This document shows, piece after piece, positions 1 to 13,000 of a stretch of DNA of 64,000 bases (the stretch's first letter is position 1; the number at the start of each line of letters is the position of its first letter). Both the position numbers and the translations under genes were made by a program. Under the pieces are notes generated by a model that had not been told where the DNA came from, searched no databases, and saw nothing but the letters and a program-made list of their open reading frames with translations. The stretch comes from Felis catus (lineage: Eukaryota), in contig NC_058368.1 in assembly GCF_018350175.1 (NCBI RefSeq), positions 129,272,001 to 129,336,000 on the forward strand, written 5' to 3'.

Positions 1-437
1 TGCAGGAAGCACCTACCACCAAGAGGACTGGGGAAACAGAGGCAAGGGGCTGGGTTGTTAGCACCTAGAAGCTTGAAGAAGTTTCTAGAGCAACTGTAGA
101 GCTGTCACATAGACCTCGGGTGGAGGGAAGCTGCCTGATGGCTTACTACCTCAGCAACTTAGAGGGGGTACCACACAACTGAGAGCCAGAGCTCCAAGGA
201 GAGGGCACTGTCCGGCAGTTCCTGGTGCCTTCGGCACTTAGGGGAGAGAGCCTGCAGAGTGGGACCCAGAGCCCTGAGTAGGGCTGCCACCTAGCTAGTA
301 CCACACTTGTGAAATGACAGCACGTGTTTGTAATGGGGGAGATGCCTTCAGGGTGTACCCCAGAGCCTGGGGCTTGTGGTCTTGGGTCAGATCAAACCTG
401 GATGCAACATGTCTTTATATAAGATTAGGAAGTGACA

Positions 438-619
438 GGGGTGCCCGGGTGGCTCATTTGGTTAAGCGTCTGACTCAGTTTCGGCTCGGGTCATGACCTC
501 ATGGTTGGTAAGTTTGAGCTCTGTATTGGGCTCTGTGCTGACAGCATGGAGCCTGCTTGGGATTCTCTCTCTCTCTGTCACTCTCTCTCTCTCAATCCCT
601 CTCTCTCTGCTCCTCCCCT

Positions 620-664
<45 letters not shown>

Positions 665-934
665 ATAAATAAATAAACTTAAAAAAAAAGTTTTTTTTTA
701 AATTTTTTTTCAATGTTTATTTATTTTTGGGACAGAGAGAGACAGAGCATGAACGGGGGAGGGGCAGAGAGAGAGGGAGACACAGAATCGGAAACAGGCT
801 CCAGGCTCTGAGCCATCAGCCCAGAGCCTGACGCGGGGCTCGAACCCACGGACCGCGAGATCGTGACCTGGCTGAAGTCGGACGCTTAACCGACTGCGCC
901 ACCCAGGCGCCCCTAAAAAAAAAGTTTTTAAAAA
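438..934 (+). mobile_element. Can-SINE (older copy) with its A-tail interrupted by a younger antisense SINE
   Basis: tRNA-like head GGGGTGCCCGGGTGGCTCA, (CT)n tract, AATAAA/A-tail; diverged 18-bp TSD AAGATTAGGAAGTGACAG (421-438) vs AAGATGGGGAAGTGGCAG (935-952). Confidence 0.93.
696..913 (-). mobile_element. Young Can-SINE (SINEC_Fc-like) nested in the tail of the preceding SINE
   Basis: Reverse complement starts GGGGCGCCTGGGTGGCGCAGTCGGTTAAGCGTCCGAC; CpGs and B-box GTTCGAGCC retained; perfect 16-bp TSD TAAAAAAAAAGTTTTT at 680-695 and 914-929. Confidence 0.97.
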
Positions 935-1980
935 AAGATGGGGAAGTGGCAGCTGCAGAAAAGAATTTCTGGAGAAGGCATGTAGGAGGCGAAGTTGAGC
1001 CTGTGTAGGGTGTGTGCTTTCATGTGTGTCTTTTTTCTTTGTCCAGCATTTTTCTTTGCATGGCTTTATTCATTTTATCATGAAGCAGATTGCATGGGGA
1101 GGGGGGAGGGAGGGAAGGAAAGAGGGAGAGAAAATATGACTGTCATAATGAATACAAGCCAGCAGTGGCCTTAAGACGGTGATCTTAGCAGGTGCCTCCA
1201 GCCAGCCCTGCCCAGGTGTCTGTAGCAGATTCCACGTCCTCACATTCACCTGGCTGATCCATATCCCCTCTTCCTTCTTGCTGCCAGAGTTCAGGGCTGC
1301 CTGAAGTCCACCTCCTGACTTGTGCAGAGTGCTGACTCCTCCACATCCCTGCTTAGTCATTCCGAGGTGGGAAGGGATCCCACCAGCTAAGCTGGTGGCA
1401 GCCTCAGCTGAATGCCAAATCTGACTGGGCTGTCGACCCCTTTGAACTCCCTCTGGCTGCGGAATCTGCTATTGTTTAGATCCTGTGGTGTGCAGAGACT
1501 GGTGACAAAGCCCGGTGGTGAGGAGAGAACCGGAGAGAGATGGCAGCCCAGGGGGAATGGAGTGGGGCTGGGGGGTGGGGTGGGAGGACTTTGACTTGGC
1601 CTGGGCAGCGCTCGGAGGGTCCAGGGTGCTCTCTGCTGCAGGAAGGTGATGTTTACTTGGCTACAGGGCCAGCTCCCAATGGACTGCTTCAGCTAAGCAT
1701 TTCCTCTTGGCAAGGGGAGCAAATGTTCCTTTGCCCTTATCACCCTGCTTGGTGGCAACTTGGGCTTTTCAAGAGGGGACATAAATATTAGGGGAAGTTG
1801 GGTCACCTACCAGCCATTTAAACCAAGAAAAATAAATCTTTGCTTCTCAGGATAACAGAACCACACGAAGGAAAGTGCTGGATACAGAAAAAGTAACAGC
1901 TTTTAAAAATCTGACTAACCTACAACAGTCACTAAAGCATTTGATGGTGTTTTTTTCCCACCCCTCCCCTTTGTAGATAG

Positions 1981-2110
1981 TTTATTGTTCATTTATTCAT
2001 TCAATCCTTAAGTGTAAGTTGAGTGCCTACTGTTGCCAGTGCCTTGAGATAGGACCCCCAGCAAGGTAGATAAAACATCCTAACCCCGGGGACCTTACAT
2101 TCTATGGGGA
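1981..2110 (-). mobile_element. L2 3'-end fragment
   Basis: TTCATTTATTCATTCAA...TTGAGTGCCTACTGT resembles the reverse complement of the L2 3' tail. Confidence 0.55.
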
Positions 2111-2404
2111 GGAGGGTCAGCTATCTCTTACATAAAATTTCTTACCGTGTTTTCATTTGTCAATCAATCCTCATGAGCACTTTCCTTATTATTATATCAT
2201 CTTTGTGCCCTTATCCTGATAATTGCTTACTTTTCCAAGTGAATGAGTCAGAATTTATTTGACCAGCTCACTACAGTCGGGGATGAGCTCTCTTTCCAAT
2301 TTTCACAGTTTTAAATAATGTGATAAATGTATTTGTGTGGGCGATTAAAAACACTTTTTTTCTGTATTTTGGATGTTTTCCTCCTTGGCCATATCTCACA
2401 GTAC

Positions 2405-2600
2405 CAGGCAGGACTCTTGGTTACAAACAACAGAGCCCAAATCTGGTAAACATAAGCAGAAAAGGAATGTATCAGAAGGCTGTCCATCCAGTAGCTTATA
2501 GGATAGATGGGAGGCTGGAGAACCAAGCTCAGAAAAGCAGCAGGAATGAAGGGTTGGGGCACCAAGAGTACAGCCCAAGTCCCCTCCCAGAACAGTGTGC
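2405..2600 (-). mobile_element. Old MaLR (MLT1-family) LTR fragment
   Basis: TGGTTACAAACAACAGAGCCCAAATCTGGTAAACATAAGCAGAAAAGGAATGTAT resembles the antisense 3' end of old MLT1 LTRs. Confidence 0.5.
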
Positions 2601-4651
2601 TAGGAGGCTGCAGTCCCCTTCCTCCTGGACACGGCTTCAGTGCCGTGGTCTCTTGACTCTACCCACATCAGGAAGAATCTTTATCTTCCGCAGACCTCTT
2701 TCTCACCCCCTCCCTCAAGATTCCGAGTTTAGGATGTGAGCTTGGGCCTGGCCTGGCAGATCACCCGCCTGCCTCTCTGTTTCTTACGAGTGAGAGGAGG
2801 GAATCCCACATCCTTCCTCGGCTGTCCTAGTAGGAGGTGGGTTTCTGCACACTCCCTGCCTCCTCCAGGAGGGGTGGATTCTGGATAGGAAAAAGAAAAA
2901 ATATCCACTACAAACACATTCCCTTATTTATTCTATGTGTTTATTATAGGTGGGGGGGGGGGGGGGGGAGATGGTCAGGGAGGGACATAATTAAAAGACC
3001 ATTCAATTTTGCCTGCCTGTGGAGGGCATAAATACTGCCCAGTAGTGTTGGGATATGAGCCGGGGTGTTGGGCCCCTGCACCAACCCTGAGGCCCTTAGC
3101 ACTCGGGCCTGGATAACATGGGTCAAGTTTACCCTGATAACCGCCGTGTATGGGTAAGAAAACCGGGGCTTGAAATGGATCTGTGGCTTCTACGAGATCA
3201 CACAGACAGGAAATGTGAGCCTTGAGTCTAGGTCTTCTGAAACCCACGAAGGTTACTTGACTCGTACTGCTTCCTAGCGCTGGGCTGGTGGCTGGTTATA
3301 AGGCGTGCCTGGAGCAATCTAGGCAAAGGCGCTTTCAACAAAGGGGCCTTTGTAACAAGCCTTTCTTTGTTTAGCCACCAGACTGTTCCCTGGAGTAATT
3401 AAGGCCTGTAGTTCTTAGATATAAGGCTGGCTGACATTACTTGACATAATACAGCAATCTGAGCTTAGATGCCAGTGCAGCGTTTGAAATGCATGAGCTA
3501 GGGCAGACCTTCTCCCAAACACCTGGGTGCTAGCCACGTGGCTGGATGGCCCTGCCTCTCTTGCCAGCTCTAATGATAAAACAACACCCTCTGGTTCTAC
3601 GGGCAGGGGTGCTAGTGGCATGCAGCCTCTCTTGCTGTGGCGGTATCTCCAGCACCTGCAGATGGACGTCTGGCCTGCTGCTGCCCAGAGGAGAAAGGTC
3701 ATAATCTTCCATGCATCCCTGCGCACAGGCGATGCCTGCCTGCATCTTTTCTTGCCAGTGCACAGGGGCCTTCTGGGGTGGTAACTGCTGTCCTCTGTCC
3801 TGAGAGATAGTCTCCCCTTAATTCCCATGGGGTCTTGGGAGCATGCATTAATATCAGCTTGTACTGTCATCTTTCCTGCTCCGTGAGCCTTCACCTTTGT
3901 GTTAAAAGTCCCTCATCTAAGGGCAGAAACACAAGCTTGACTCTCCCTGGAGCTAGGAAATCAGCCTTTCATCGGACTTGTACTGCTGGGGACCATGAGG
4001 GTCACCGGACAGAAGTTCCATCTCTGCCCTCAGAGCACTTTCGATATCTCGGAGGGTGGTGACAATTTGGAGGGGAAGAGAGAGAAGGTGCTTTCTTTAA
4101 AGACAGTGCCTGGGTCGTGGCCTTGACCGATGGCCGTGCCTCTGCTGGAGGCCTTTGCTTTCCCTGACCCCCCAGAACACACTGGTGTACAGATCGTCTG
4201 CCTGGCAAATCAAGTCAGGCTTTTAGCTAGAAGTGGAACTTTGGCATTGGTAGAGTTAACATTTATAGATTCAACTATTTGTGTGTGCCCTTAAGGGCTC
4301 ATGACATGAAGTGATTTTTAATCACGCTGAAGCACACATTTCCGTCACATGCGGGTGGGTGAGTCACTTCACTACTGAGAATCTGGCATCAGTGTTTCAA
4401 CAGAGCTTGGGGCTCTCCAACCCTCCTCACCAAAGGCAATCTGTGAGGGGAACTTTATGCGTTAGCAATGTTTGGGGATTTGGAGAGTTGTGAGGTTCTC
4501 TGGCTGAGTCCCCTGGCCGAGGTGGTGAAGGCCCTGGTGTCTCAGGCTCACCCTTCACCACTTCCGCTTATGCCGCACGTCCCTTCTGAACCCTCAAGCT
4601 TGGGAGCAGGCTCTTGCAGGCTCGCTGCACCTGCTCACCTCAGGACAGGGG

Positions 4652-4895
4652 CAGTGGCACGGGCAGGGCGAGCAGACCTCCTGGCTGCTGCGTGTGGTGT
4701 GGGACTGCAGTGTCTGCTGAGAATTTAAAGCCAATAATAAAATCGACTGTAAGTCAGTCTGCTTTTTATTATCCCCATGCCGGCAATTCTAAACAATGTC
4801 AGTGATAAAATACTCCTTCCCCAAAATCTTTTGTTGGTCCACGTTCTAAACAATTGCTGTAGCGACTGTTGAATTTTAATTATATACAGTCATAG

Positions 4896-4930
<35 letters not shown>

Positions 4931-5436
4931 CTTCAAATTAGCATATTTTATTACTTGTCTTTTAATAAATATTATATCCCACCTGAAAGTTAATCAGAAG
5001 AACTCCCAAGAAGAATAGTCCAGGATGGTTCGAGCTGGCTTGAGGCATAGCTTGTGTCTCCAGCCCCCCCCAGTACTAGGTATTCCTATATTTAGATGAC
5101 AGGTAAACAATGATAGCACAGTGATTGCAAAGCCAAGAAACAAAGCCTGAGTTAATTCAGTTCTGTCCTTGCACATGACCACTTGGTGTTTTGGGGTTTA
5201 AGATTTCGTAAATGCAAATTGTTTCGTACACGACGTATTTGATTTTGAACAGCATTTTCAAAATTGAAGTTTATTCTGTCTAAGGGATTGTTTTAAAACA
5301 ATGTTTAATAAATAATGAGAATAATAGTAATTACTGATTATTACAGGATTATCGCTGAAAACAATTTTGTCACCTGGAGGAGGGCATTAAAAAACATGAT
5401 CCGCTTTGGGTGTCAGGCACGTGAGATCTGCCACTG
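4652..5436 (-). mobile_element. hAT-Tip100 DNA transposon fossil (Arthur1-like)
   Basis: Ends CAGTGGC (4652) and GCCACTG (5436); the reverse complement of the right end, CAGTGGCAGATCTCACGTGCCTGACACCCAAAGCGGATCATGTTTTTTAA, resembles the recalled Arthur1 terminus; no TSD is readable; contains (GT)n at about 4898-4926. Confidence 0.55.
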
Positions 5437-5675
5437 CCTGTGCCAATTCAGACAAGGGAAATCACTCTAGTTAGTTGAAACAGGAGGGCATAAATAATCA
5501 GGTATTCAGTGGCCTACAAACGCTTTGAAGGGCTAGGGAAGCAGGCTGGAGTCAGAGCCCCTAGAAACAATTTCAGCTCCAAGAATTACTGTGTATTCTG
5601 GCGGGAAGGCTGTACTCCCACCTTTCCACAGCCTCTGACGTGACCTGGGCCAGCCAAGTCAAGACTCCGTACCTT

Positions 5676-5888
5676 AGGGTGGCCCGGTGGCTCAGTCAGT
5701 TAAGTGTCTGACTTAGGCTCAGGTCATGATCTCAGGGTTCATGGGTTTAAAGCCCACGTCAGGCTCTGTGCTGACAGCTCAGAGCCTGGAGCCTGCTTTG
5801 GATTCTGTGCCTCCCTTTCTCTCTGCCTCTCCCCTGCTTGCACTGTCTCTCTTTCTCTTTCAAAAATAAATAAACATTAAAAAAAAAA
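5676..5888 (+). mobile_element. Can-SINE
   Basis: Head GGGTGGCCCGGTGGCTCAGTCAGTTAAG, CT-rich body, A-tail; diverged TSD AAGACTCCGTACCTT (5661-5675) / AAGCCTCCATGCCTT (5887-5901). Confidence 0.93.
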
Positions 5889-7384
5889 GCCTCCATGCCT
5901 TGCCTCTCACCCCACCTAACTGAGCTCTAAATAGAAGTCTTGTGCCAGTGCATCTAATTGGCAGAACCTAATCCTACCCGGACGTCTGCCTGCAGAGAAG
6001 GACAGGGAACTCTGTTTTTTGTTTTCCGGTGTCTCCAGTATGGGATGGTGCCCTGGAGAAGCTCGGAATGGAGGTTGAAGAAGCCAGTGAACAGCATTCT
6101 CCATACTGGCCCTGCCAGGTATCTCCATATCACCTTCCTTTGGTCTCTGGAGGGGTAAGGAAAGCCAGATTCTGTCCAATGCTGACTTCTGGAAATAACG
6201 GCTGTCTCTGCAGTCAAGTGTTTGCAGGGCAGCCATTTTTGTGCTGGTCCCCTCTCCTGACCTCCGCGGGGATCTTTCCTCCCCCTCTTCCTGGGCTCCT
6301 CCTCCTGGCTCTCCTGGTGGGGAACATTGTGCGGTGCTCTCCAAATCTTTTTTTCACCAACTCCCTCACATCTTTTGGGGAAGAGTGGCCCTCAAACACC
6401 CCCAGCTCTCCAAGAAGCCACCTACTCACATACATGTGTTTTCATCATCATTGTTCTTTTACAGTAACTTTTTTTTCAGGGATTCTTATTACACATTTGC
6501 AGATTAATTGCAACCCTTGTCCTCAAGGAGTATTTGCTACCATTCTCGTAACATTAAAAATACTCTAATTTGCATCTGCACTTGGGCCCTGAAACCTCAG
6601 CTATCCTGTACCTTGGGTGCTTTTGAGTGATGCTGGGACCAAGGAGTAGGCTCTGTGACAATCACCTGGAGGGTGACATTGCAGAGGGTGGCAGGATGTG
6701 ACCTTGGCGTGGAAGTGGTAGATAAGGTTTGAACCCAGTAGCCATCCTGCAAGCCTGGAAGTAGAACCTGCTGGACAGCCACAAACACTATGTGAAACTC
6801 TGCTCACGAGGCCGGGAGGGAAGAGCCTATGGCAGTCTGCAGCCAAAGAGGCTGGATTTCTTTGTTGCAGCTTTTATGACTGTGTGGCTAAAGACCATTA
6901 CCTCTCTGGGAAGGGATGTCACTTATAGTGATGGAGGTTCTTCTTTTTGGCCAAGTGGGACTGGGCAAGGAGCTGGCACAGAGAGAAGTAGGAAGCAGGA
7001 TTTGTGGCATCTGGGGTATTTTCCTCTGGAAATATTGCCTTTGAGACAGCGTGAGTTGTTAGCATGGGAGGCTGACTCCTTTCTCTACTCCCCCTCACCC
7101 ACAGCCGCCACCAGGATGCTCAGAAACGTGTCCACAGCCCTAAGCCCCAGCATGGAGTAGAACTGAGGAAAGGAAGTGGGTCCAGCATGTCTTTTTTCTT
7201 CCCCTTCCCAGCGACCCCCACAGGTTCACACCAGTCTTCTGAAGCCTTTTCCTCTTCCATCCCTGCTGCTTGCTAGTGGCCGGAACCTCGTTTTACTTCT
7301 GATAATGGGGTCAGAGAGTTTGACCCATAACCATCACCTCCACTGAATATAGGAAGTCTCACTTCCTTATTTACTTTTCAATAG

Positions 7385-7473
7385 TTTACTTTTTAAGTAA
7401 AAATTATGTATATTTAAGGTGTACAACATGATGATTTGATATATATATATGCATAGTGAAATAATTACTACAG
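7385..7473 (-). mobile_element. Short L1 (L1MA-like) 3'-end fragment
   Basis: GTATATTTAAGGTGTACAACATGATGATTTGATATA...TAGTGAAATAATTACTACAGT is typical of antisense L1MA 3' termini. Confidence 0.7.
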
Positions 7474-8039
7474 TTGTTATGGAACATGGGTTTTTTTCCC
7501 AGAATTCCATGTCCTCTTCAAAGTATACCTTCCCAATGTTTTATGAGGACATGACATACCACATATTCAGTTTTATGTATATAACATGTCTCTATTCCGT
7601 TCATGTAATACTTATTTGTATACATGTACATGTATAATGCTTGTGTGTATGTATATTTGTGCGAATGTGTATGCTTGAAAATAAGATAGCAGCTTACTAG
7701 CTCACCGCACAGTCCAGAATGACAAGGCATCTTGCCGATGCCTCCAACCAAGTAAGAAGTCTTTCCAGAAATGGGCATGGTCAAGATCAGGCTCTTCTTG
7801 AAAGATACAGCTAATTCTAACCGGCACATTAAGATTCTAAAGTTAAGAGCACATTGTGAAATGTGAATCGATGTGACATTGTCAAACAAAATGACCTGTG
7901 GGCTTGGGAAGTTGGCATTTGTAGGAGGAGGCCAAAGTGTGCATCTTAATCTTGATTTCCTTTGGGAATATTTCCTCCATTGTGTTCCTGACTCTGATTA
8001 TGTTCTTGTGCAATCAAAATAGCTCTAATCTCCTGGACA

Positions 8040-8333
8040 ACTAACTAACTAACTAACTAAACTAACTAACTTCCTCCCTTCCTCCCTTCCTCCCTTCCTC
8101 CCTTCCTCCCTTCCTCCCTTCCTGCCTTCCTGCCTTCCTCCCTTCCTCCCTTCCTCCCTTCCTCCCTTCCTCCCCTCCTTCCTTCCTTCCTTCCTTCCTT
8201 CCTTCCTTCCTTCCTTCCTTCCTTCCTTCCTTCTCTTCCTTCCCTCCCACCCTCCCTTCCTCTTCCCTCCCTTCCTTCTTTCCTTCCTTCCTTCCTTCCT
8301 TCCTTCCTTCCTTCCTTCCTTCCATTCCCTTTC

Positions 8334-8392
<59 letters not shown>

Positions 8393-8510
8393 CTTCCTTC
8401 CTTCCTTCCTTCCTTCCTTCCTTCCTTCCTTCCTTTCTTTCTTTCTTTCTTTCTTTCTCTTTCTTCCTTCCTTCCTTCCTTCCTTCCTTCCTTCCTTCCT
8501 TCCTTCCTTC

Positions 8511-8589
<79 letters not shown>

Positions 8590-8592
8590 TCC
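8040..8592 (+). repeat. Compound microsatellite (ACTA)n-(CCCTTCCT)n-(CCTT)n-(CTTT)n; about 520-bp polypyrimidine tract
   Basis: Read directly; it is the source of the spurious K/E/R/G-rich minus-strand ORFs. Confidence 0.99.
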
Positions 8593-9890
8593 AGGAGAAA
8601 TTGTTTTGTTTTGGTTTCTGATCAGCAACAACTGTTTGGTTTTTAAGATCTAAGTCTACATGTGTGCACAAAACCCCAGCCCAGTAGGAAAAGGAAGGAA
8701 TTTAAAGTCCTGCTTGGTGTGTAAATTATTTAATGCACAAGGACCTCAAGTGTTCAACCAGAAAACCAAAGTTCAGCATTCAGAATTTGACCTCAAAATG
8801 GCATGAACAATCCAATAGGTAAGCACAGATTTCTTCTTTATAGCCATAATCTCAGGATATTATGAAGCTTTTAGCCTTAAGAAAATTTCAGTCAGGATTT
8901 GTATTTAACATCAAGTTTATCTTTCCCTTGATTTTAAATGTATAGTAGGGACGGGGTAAGCTGCATAATAACAGAGGTTCTGAATTCTAATATAAGGTTT
9001 GTCACCTTATCTCTTCTTCTCTGTCAATACATCGTTTGGCTAGTTCCCTATTGCATACTGTAACAGCTGTTTTTGGGGATCTTGAGCCAAAGCATACTGT
9101 TTAGAGTATCCATCCATCTCCATCTCTGGACTTCACTCAGGCCCTCCCCAAACTCTCTTTCAATTTCTCGGGCTATACACTCCAGTGAAGTGCAAACAAA
9201 CAGATCATTTTCTTGATGGTGATAAGGCAGTAATAGACTTTACCTCATTGCCTAGTGCCCTTCAGATATGCTTTCTACAAAACTCCTCAGCAGAACAAAT
9301 ATAGTTACTGAATCTGGTTACTGGTACACAATGAAATAATAGCTAAATAACATAGTCACATGGTTATAATATAGTTAAATCATGCGGCAAGTTGCACACG
9401 ATAAAAAATGTGGTTAGGCAGGGGAATGAAATTAAGGGTTAGAGGTAAAAGAGAGTGTATATCTTTAGATGTGATGTGAAATGAAAAGCAGACACCCTGG
9501 AAAGGACATAGAAAGATGTCACCAGATGATGCCTGAGGAAGTGACTCCTCTTGTTAAGTAAGGCAAGACTTGGTAAGGATGTTGAGAAGGGCATGTTCAA
9601 CTGGCTATATATATTATCTTATGTATCCTTTCCTTTCCCCTTCCAGAGCAGGTGTCCTATTTTAGTCCTTATTACCTCTTTCCTGGTCTTTACAATTGTT
9701 AAATAGCTGATCTTCCAGTTCTCTTCTGATTTATCCCACAAAGCATTGCCGAATCAACTGTCTTTTAACACCACTCTGGTTATATCATTCTTCGGTCTCA
9801 CGTCCTCCAGAGCTGCTTATTATTCGCTGAAGTAGAGTGGGTACCAATTTCTTAGCCTGGTATTCAAAGCTTTGACATATTCTTTCTTCT

Positions 9891-10043
9891 AGGCCTGCTA
9901 TCCAAAGTGTGTACCAGCACGTCAGCATCCTCTGGGAACTTAGAGAGGCAGCATCTCAGGTCCTACCTCAGAGTTAGTAGGAATCTGCATTTTAAAAAGA
10001 TTCTTAGGTGATTCACATGCACAGAACATTTGAGGAGCATTGC
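9891..10043. mobile_element. MER5A-like hAT-Charlie MITE within L2-like sequence
   Basis: CAAAGTGTG...CAGCATC...GAATCTGCATTTTAAAAAGATTCTTAGGTGATTCACATGCACA...TTTGAGGAGCATTG matches the recalled MER5A layout. Confidence 0.75.
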
Positions 10044-13000
10044 CCTACCTAGCCAAGACAAAATACCCACAAATATACTCCCTACTTTCCTATTTTGGGT
10101 TTTTGCATATGGAATTACCTCCATGTTTACTCCACCTTTGCCTGTCCTTTCACAGGATCCTTTTATGGTCATCTCAAATGTAACCTCTTCCATGCAACCT
10201 TTCCCAGTTATCCCATGGACTAGGCAGATCAGCTTTTAGAATGCTTGCCAAGCCTTTTCTTAATTAAACTGTCCTTGCTGAAGGGGAAGCTTTATTTGTA
10301 CCCCCTCACTGGGTGCTTTTGGCCATAGAGAATTGGCCTATGGTTGGGTAATGAGCATAGATTCGTGCATCTAGTGGCTGGCCAATAAACCCAGAGTGTG
10401 GCCACATGAAATCTGAGTAGAGGCAACTAAGTTCCTTCTCTGCTTTTTAGAAATTCAAATAAGACAGTTAGCAGTGCTTGCTAAAACTAAACACCAGGAG
10501 ATAGAGTCAAGGTCGTGAGCAGTCATGTGCAAACCATAGTTATGGGGAAATAAAAACTTTGAGTAAGCCAAGTCAGTAGAGATAGGAGGACAGACCAGAC
10601 CAGCAGACATGGTAGAGATGCCCTCAGACAAAGAGACAGAATAATGAGTACCCAGGCCTGTCCAAGTTCTTGATGACTTTTCCATGCAAGGTCTTGGGTT
10701 TTTAAAATAACAGCTAACCCTCATGACTTGAGAAAACCTGCATAAATCTCTGTTCCTTGTAAATGAAATAGGCACTTTGAATCCCCCCAAATGGAGCTGT
10801 TGGCTCCATCCTTAGACTGCTCTTTAAGACTGTATATCTCACTCTTGTTGGCTGTTTCCCAGCCTTGCATTATAACACCCATGGTTCTTTATAAACATCA
10901 GCTATTAACAACTTGTGATAAAATTGTGTCCTTCTCATTTTTGAGCATCTAGCAAGATGCATGCTAATAGTAGTGGTAGGATTGCCTCAAACTGAATTCC
11001 ATGGAAGCAAAAACATTACAGTGAAGAGATCAGGGAAGGAAGGTGATAGGATCTATTATTAATAAGGGCAACTGAACTAAAGAGTGGCCAGCGTTTACTT
11101 GAGGCCTTTGGTGCATTGTACCAACCAAGCCAAAGAGCCACGAGCCGATGTGTATTTTTAATACAAGCTGTTCAGTGTCATGGTAGCAAAATTAGTAATT
11201 CCCATCTCTTAGGAACCTGATCTCAGCTAACACTATTTTATCAGTAAAATAATTTCTTGTAGTGAGTTGAATGTAACAAACACATGTTTCCAGCTGGTCA
11301 GCAATCTTCCTTCTTAACCTTTCATCTACTCCAGGCTGTTCCTACGGATTACAGGACAAATGATATTTGGAGAATGATGGGTCCCAGCAGATTGAAGGAG
11401 GCAGCTTCATTGCTTATATTTAGACGGTTGTCTCCCACTGAGGGTCAGTGTGGGTCTGTTATGTTTGTGCATTATGGTATATGCAAGAGAGCGATGCACA
11501 CAGAGAAATGGTTCTGTGTGTGAGTGTATGTGTGTGTGTGTGCACGCGCATGCGCACACGTGTTTCTGTTAGTGTGGAAGCTCAAGTTGAATTTGAAAAG
11601 CGTCATTATCATTGTTTGGAAGGAAGGCAGAGAGGGGGCCCTAATTTTACAGTAGATGGGGATTTCTTTTCCCTTTCTCAGCTCCCTCTAGGAGAACATC
11701 ATGCTCCAAATCCGGAGGTTTCATCTGCTTTTAACCTGGAAGCTTCTTCTTTTATGGCTTTGTGACTCACAGGGCCCGGGTGGTGGTTGCTTTTTCTGTG
11801 TATAGAACTATAATCCTTCTCAATTATCAAAGACATAAATTACTATTATTTCCTTACCAGATCGAACATCTCCCTTAAATATGTGAAAGAAAAATTGTTG
11901 GTTGTCTGGTGAATTTTCCTCTCGGAAAAACTGCCTATTCTTAATCTACAAGTTCAATGAAAGTTCAAAAGTTTATCAGTGCAAACTCTATATTCTAATA
12001 ATTCATCACCCAGCTTCTACATCCACATTAAAAGACTCTAGGCTGAGGTGTTTTGTCTTCTCTCCCATGTAAAAGTAATCAAACAGCACATTTCCCGGGC
12101 ATATCGTGAATACCTATTGATCATAATCAGAGCACAGATGGTTTGAGAGAGCTTGGCTGGCATACAGGCCCTCGTGTCAATCACAGGGACAAATTGATTT
12201 TGACTACCCAGCCACAATTCTCCTACCCTAGCAGAATTCCATTCAGGGCTTCTGCTTGGAGAATTTTGAGCAGACAGCATTTCTGAAGGAGTGTCATAGT
12301 CCAACGTTATTGTAGAGGTAAACTTGATTACTGAGACAATGGTTATTTTAATGTACTTCATACTTACGTTTACCACAGGAAGGTCAATACCTTTCTCCAG
12401 TGTTGAAAGAGCTCTTATCAACTTAAACTTTATCCTGGATTTTGTCTGCTAATTAGGGAAAAGGAGTATCCTGATTTGCATTTTTTCTATGACAGTATGA
12501 AGTACCATTAGTACTTTTCTGCAACTGGGATTTGTTTTCCTACTCACTTTTTTAATTAATAATTTCTATTGACAAAATTAAAGAGCCAATGCTTATACTA
12601 TCAATCTTTCCCTTATGGTGTAGGTATGTGTACTGGAGAATAATCTGGGAGGAGAGGGCTGATACTCCCAATACTATTATAAGCATTAACATCCTCTATG
12701 AGAGCCAGGGAAGAAAGGCCCTTCTTCGATACTATCCATTACTGTCCATTACTTTGCTGCTTCATACATCAAGGCTGCCAGGGCAAGTTCAATAGGAAAT
12801 GGGTCTGCCTCCGTCAGGGAAGGGTTTGGGATATGCATGAATGGCTTGGGGACCAAGCTCTTCTGTCCTTATCCCAGTTCTCAGCTCTGGGCTGGCCTCT
12901 TTTCCACATGATCCTCCTTACTTGTTGCTTAGCCTTCTTACACTTTTTCTCTTGACTGGCTCCCCACCTGTGCCCTTACTGATCGTAGGGGCAGACTTCA

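Noticed and set aside
1..310. Possible old ERVL LTR fragment; similar LTR-like stretches at about 6650-7150, 10290-10640, 12620-13510 and 42740-43320
   Set aside because: They look LTR-like, but I cannot assign family or boundaries with enough confidence without Dfam.
3415..3894. 159-aa minus-strand ORF
   Set aside because: No recognisable motif or homology.
5916..6568. Cluster of overlapping 66-179 aa ORFs
   Set aside because: No recognisable protein family or exon structure; ORFs on both strands suggest chance in moderately GC-rich sequence.
8062..8671. 189-aa and 201-aa K/E/R/G-rich ORFs on the minus strand
   Set aside because: They are translations of the (GAAA)n/(GGAA)n microsatellite, which has no stop codons by construction.
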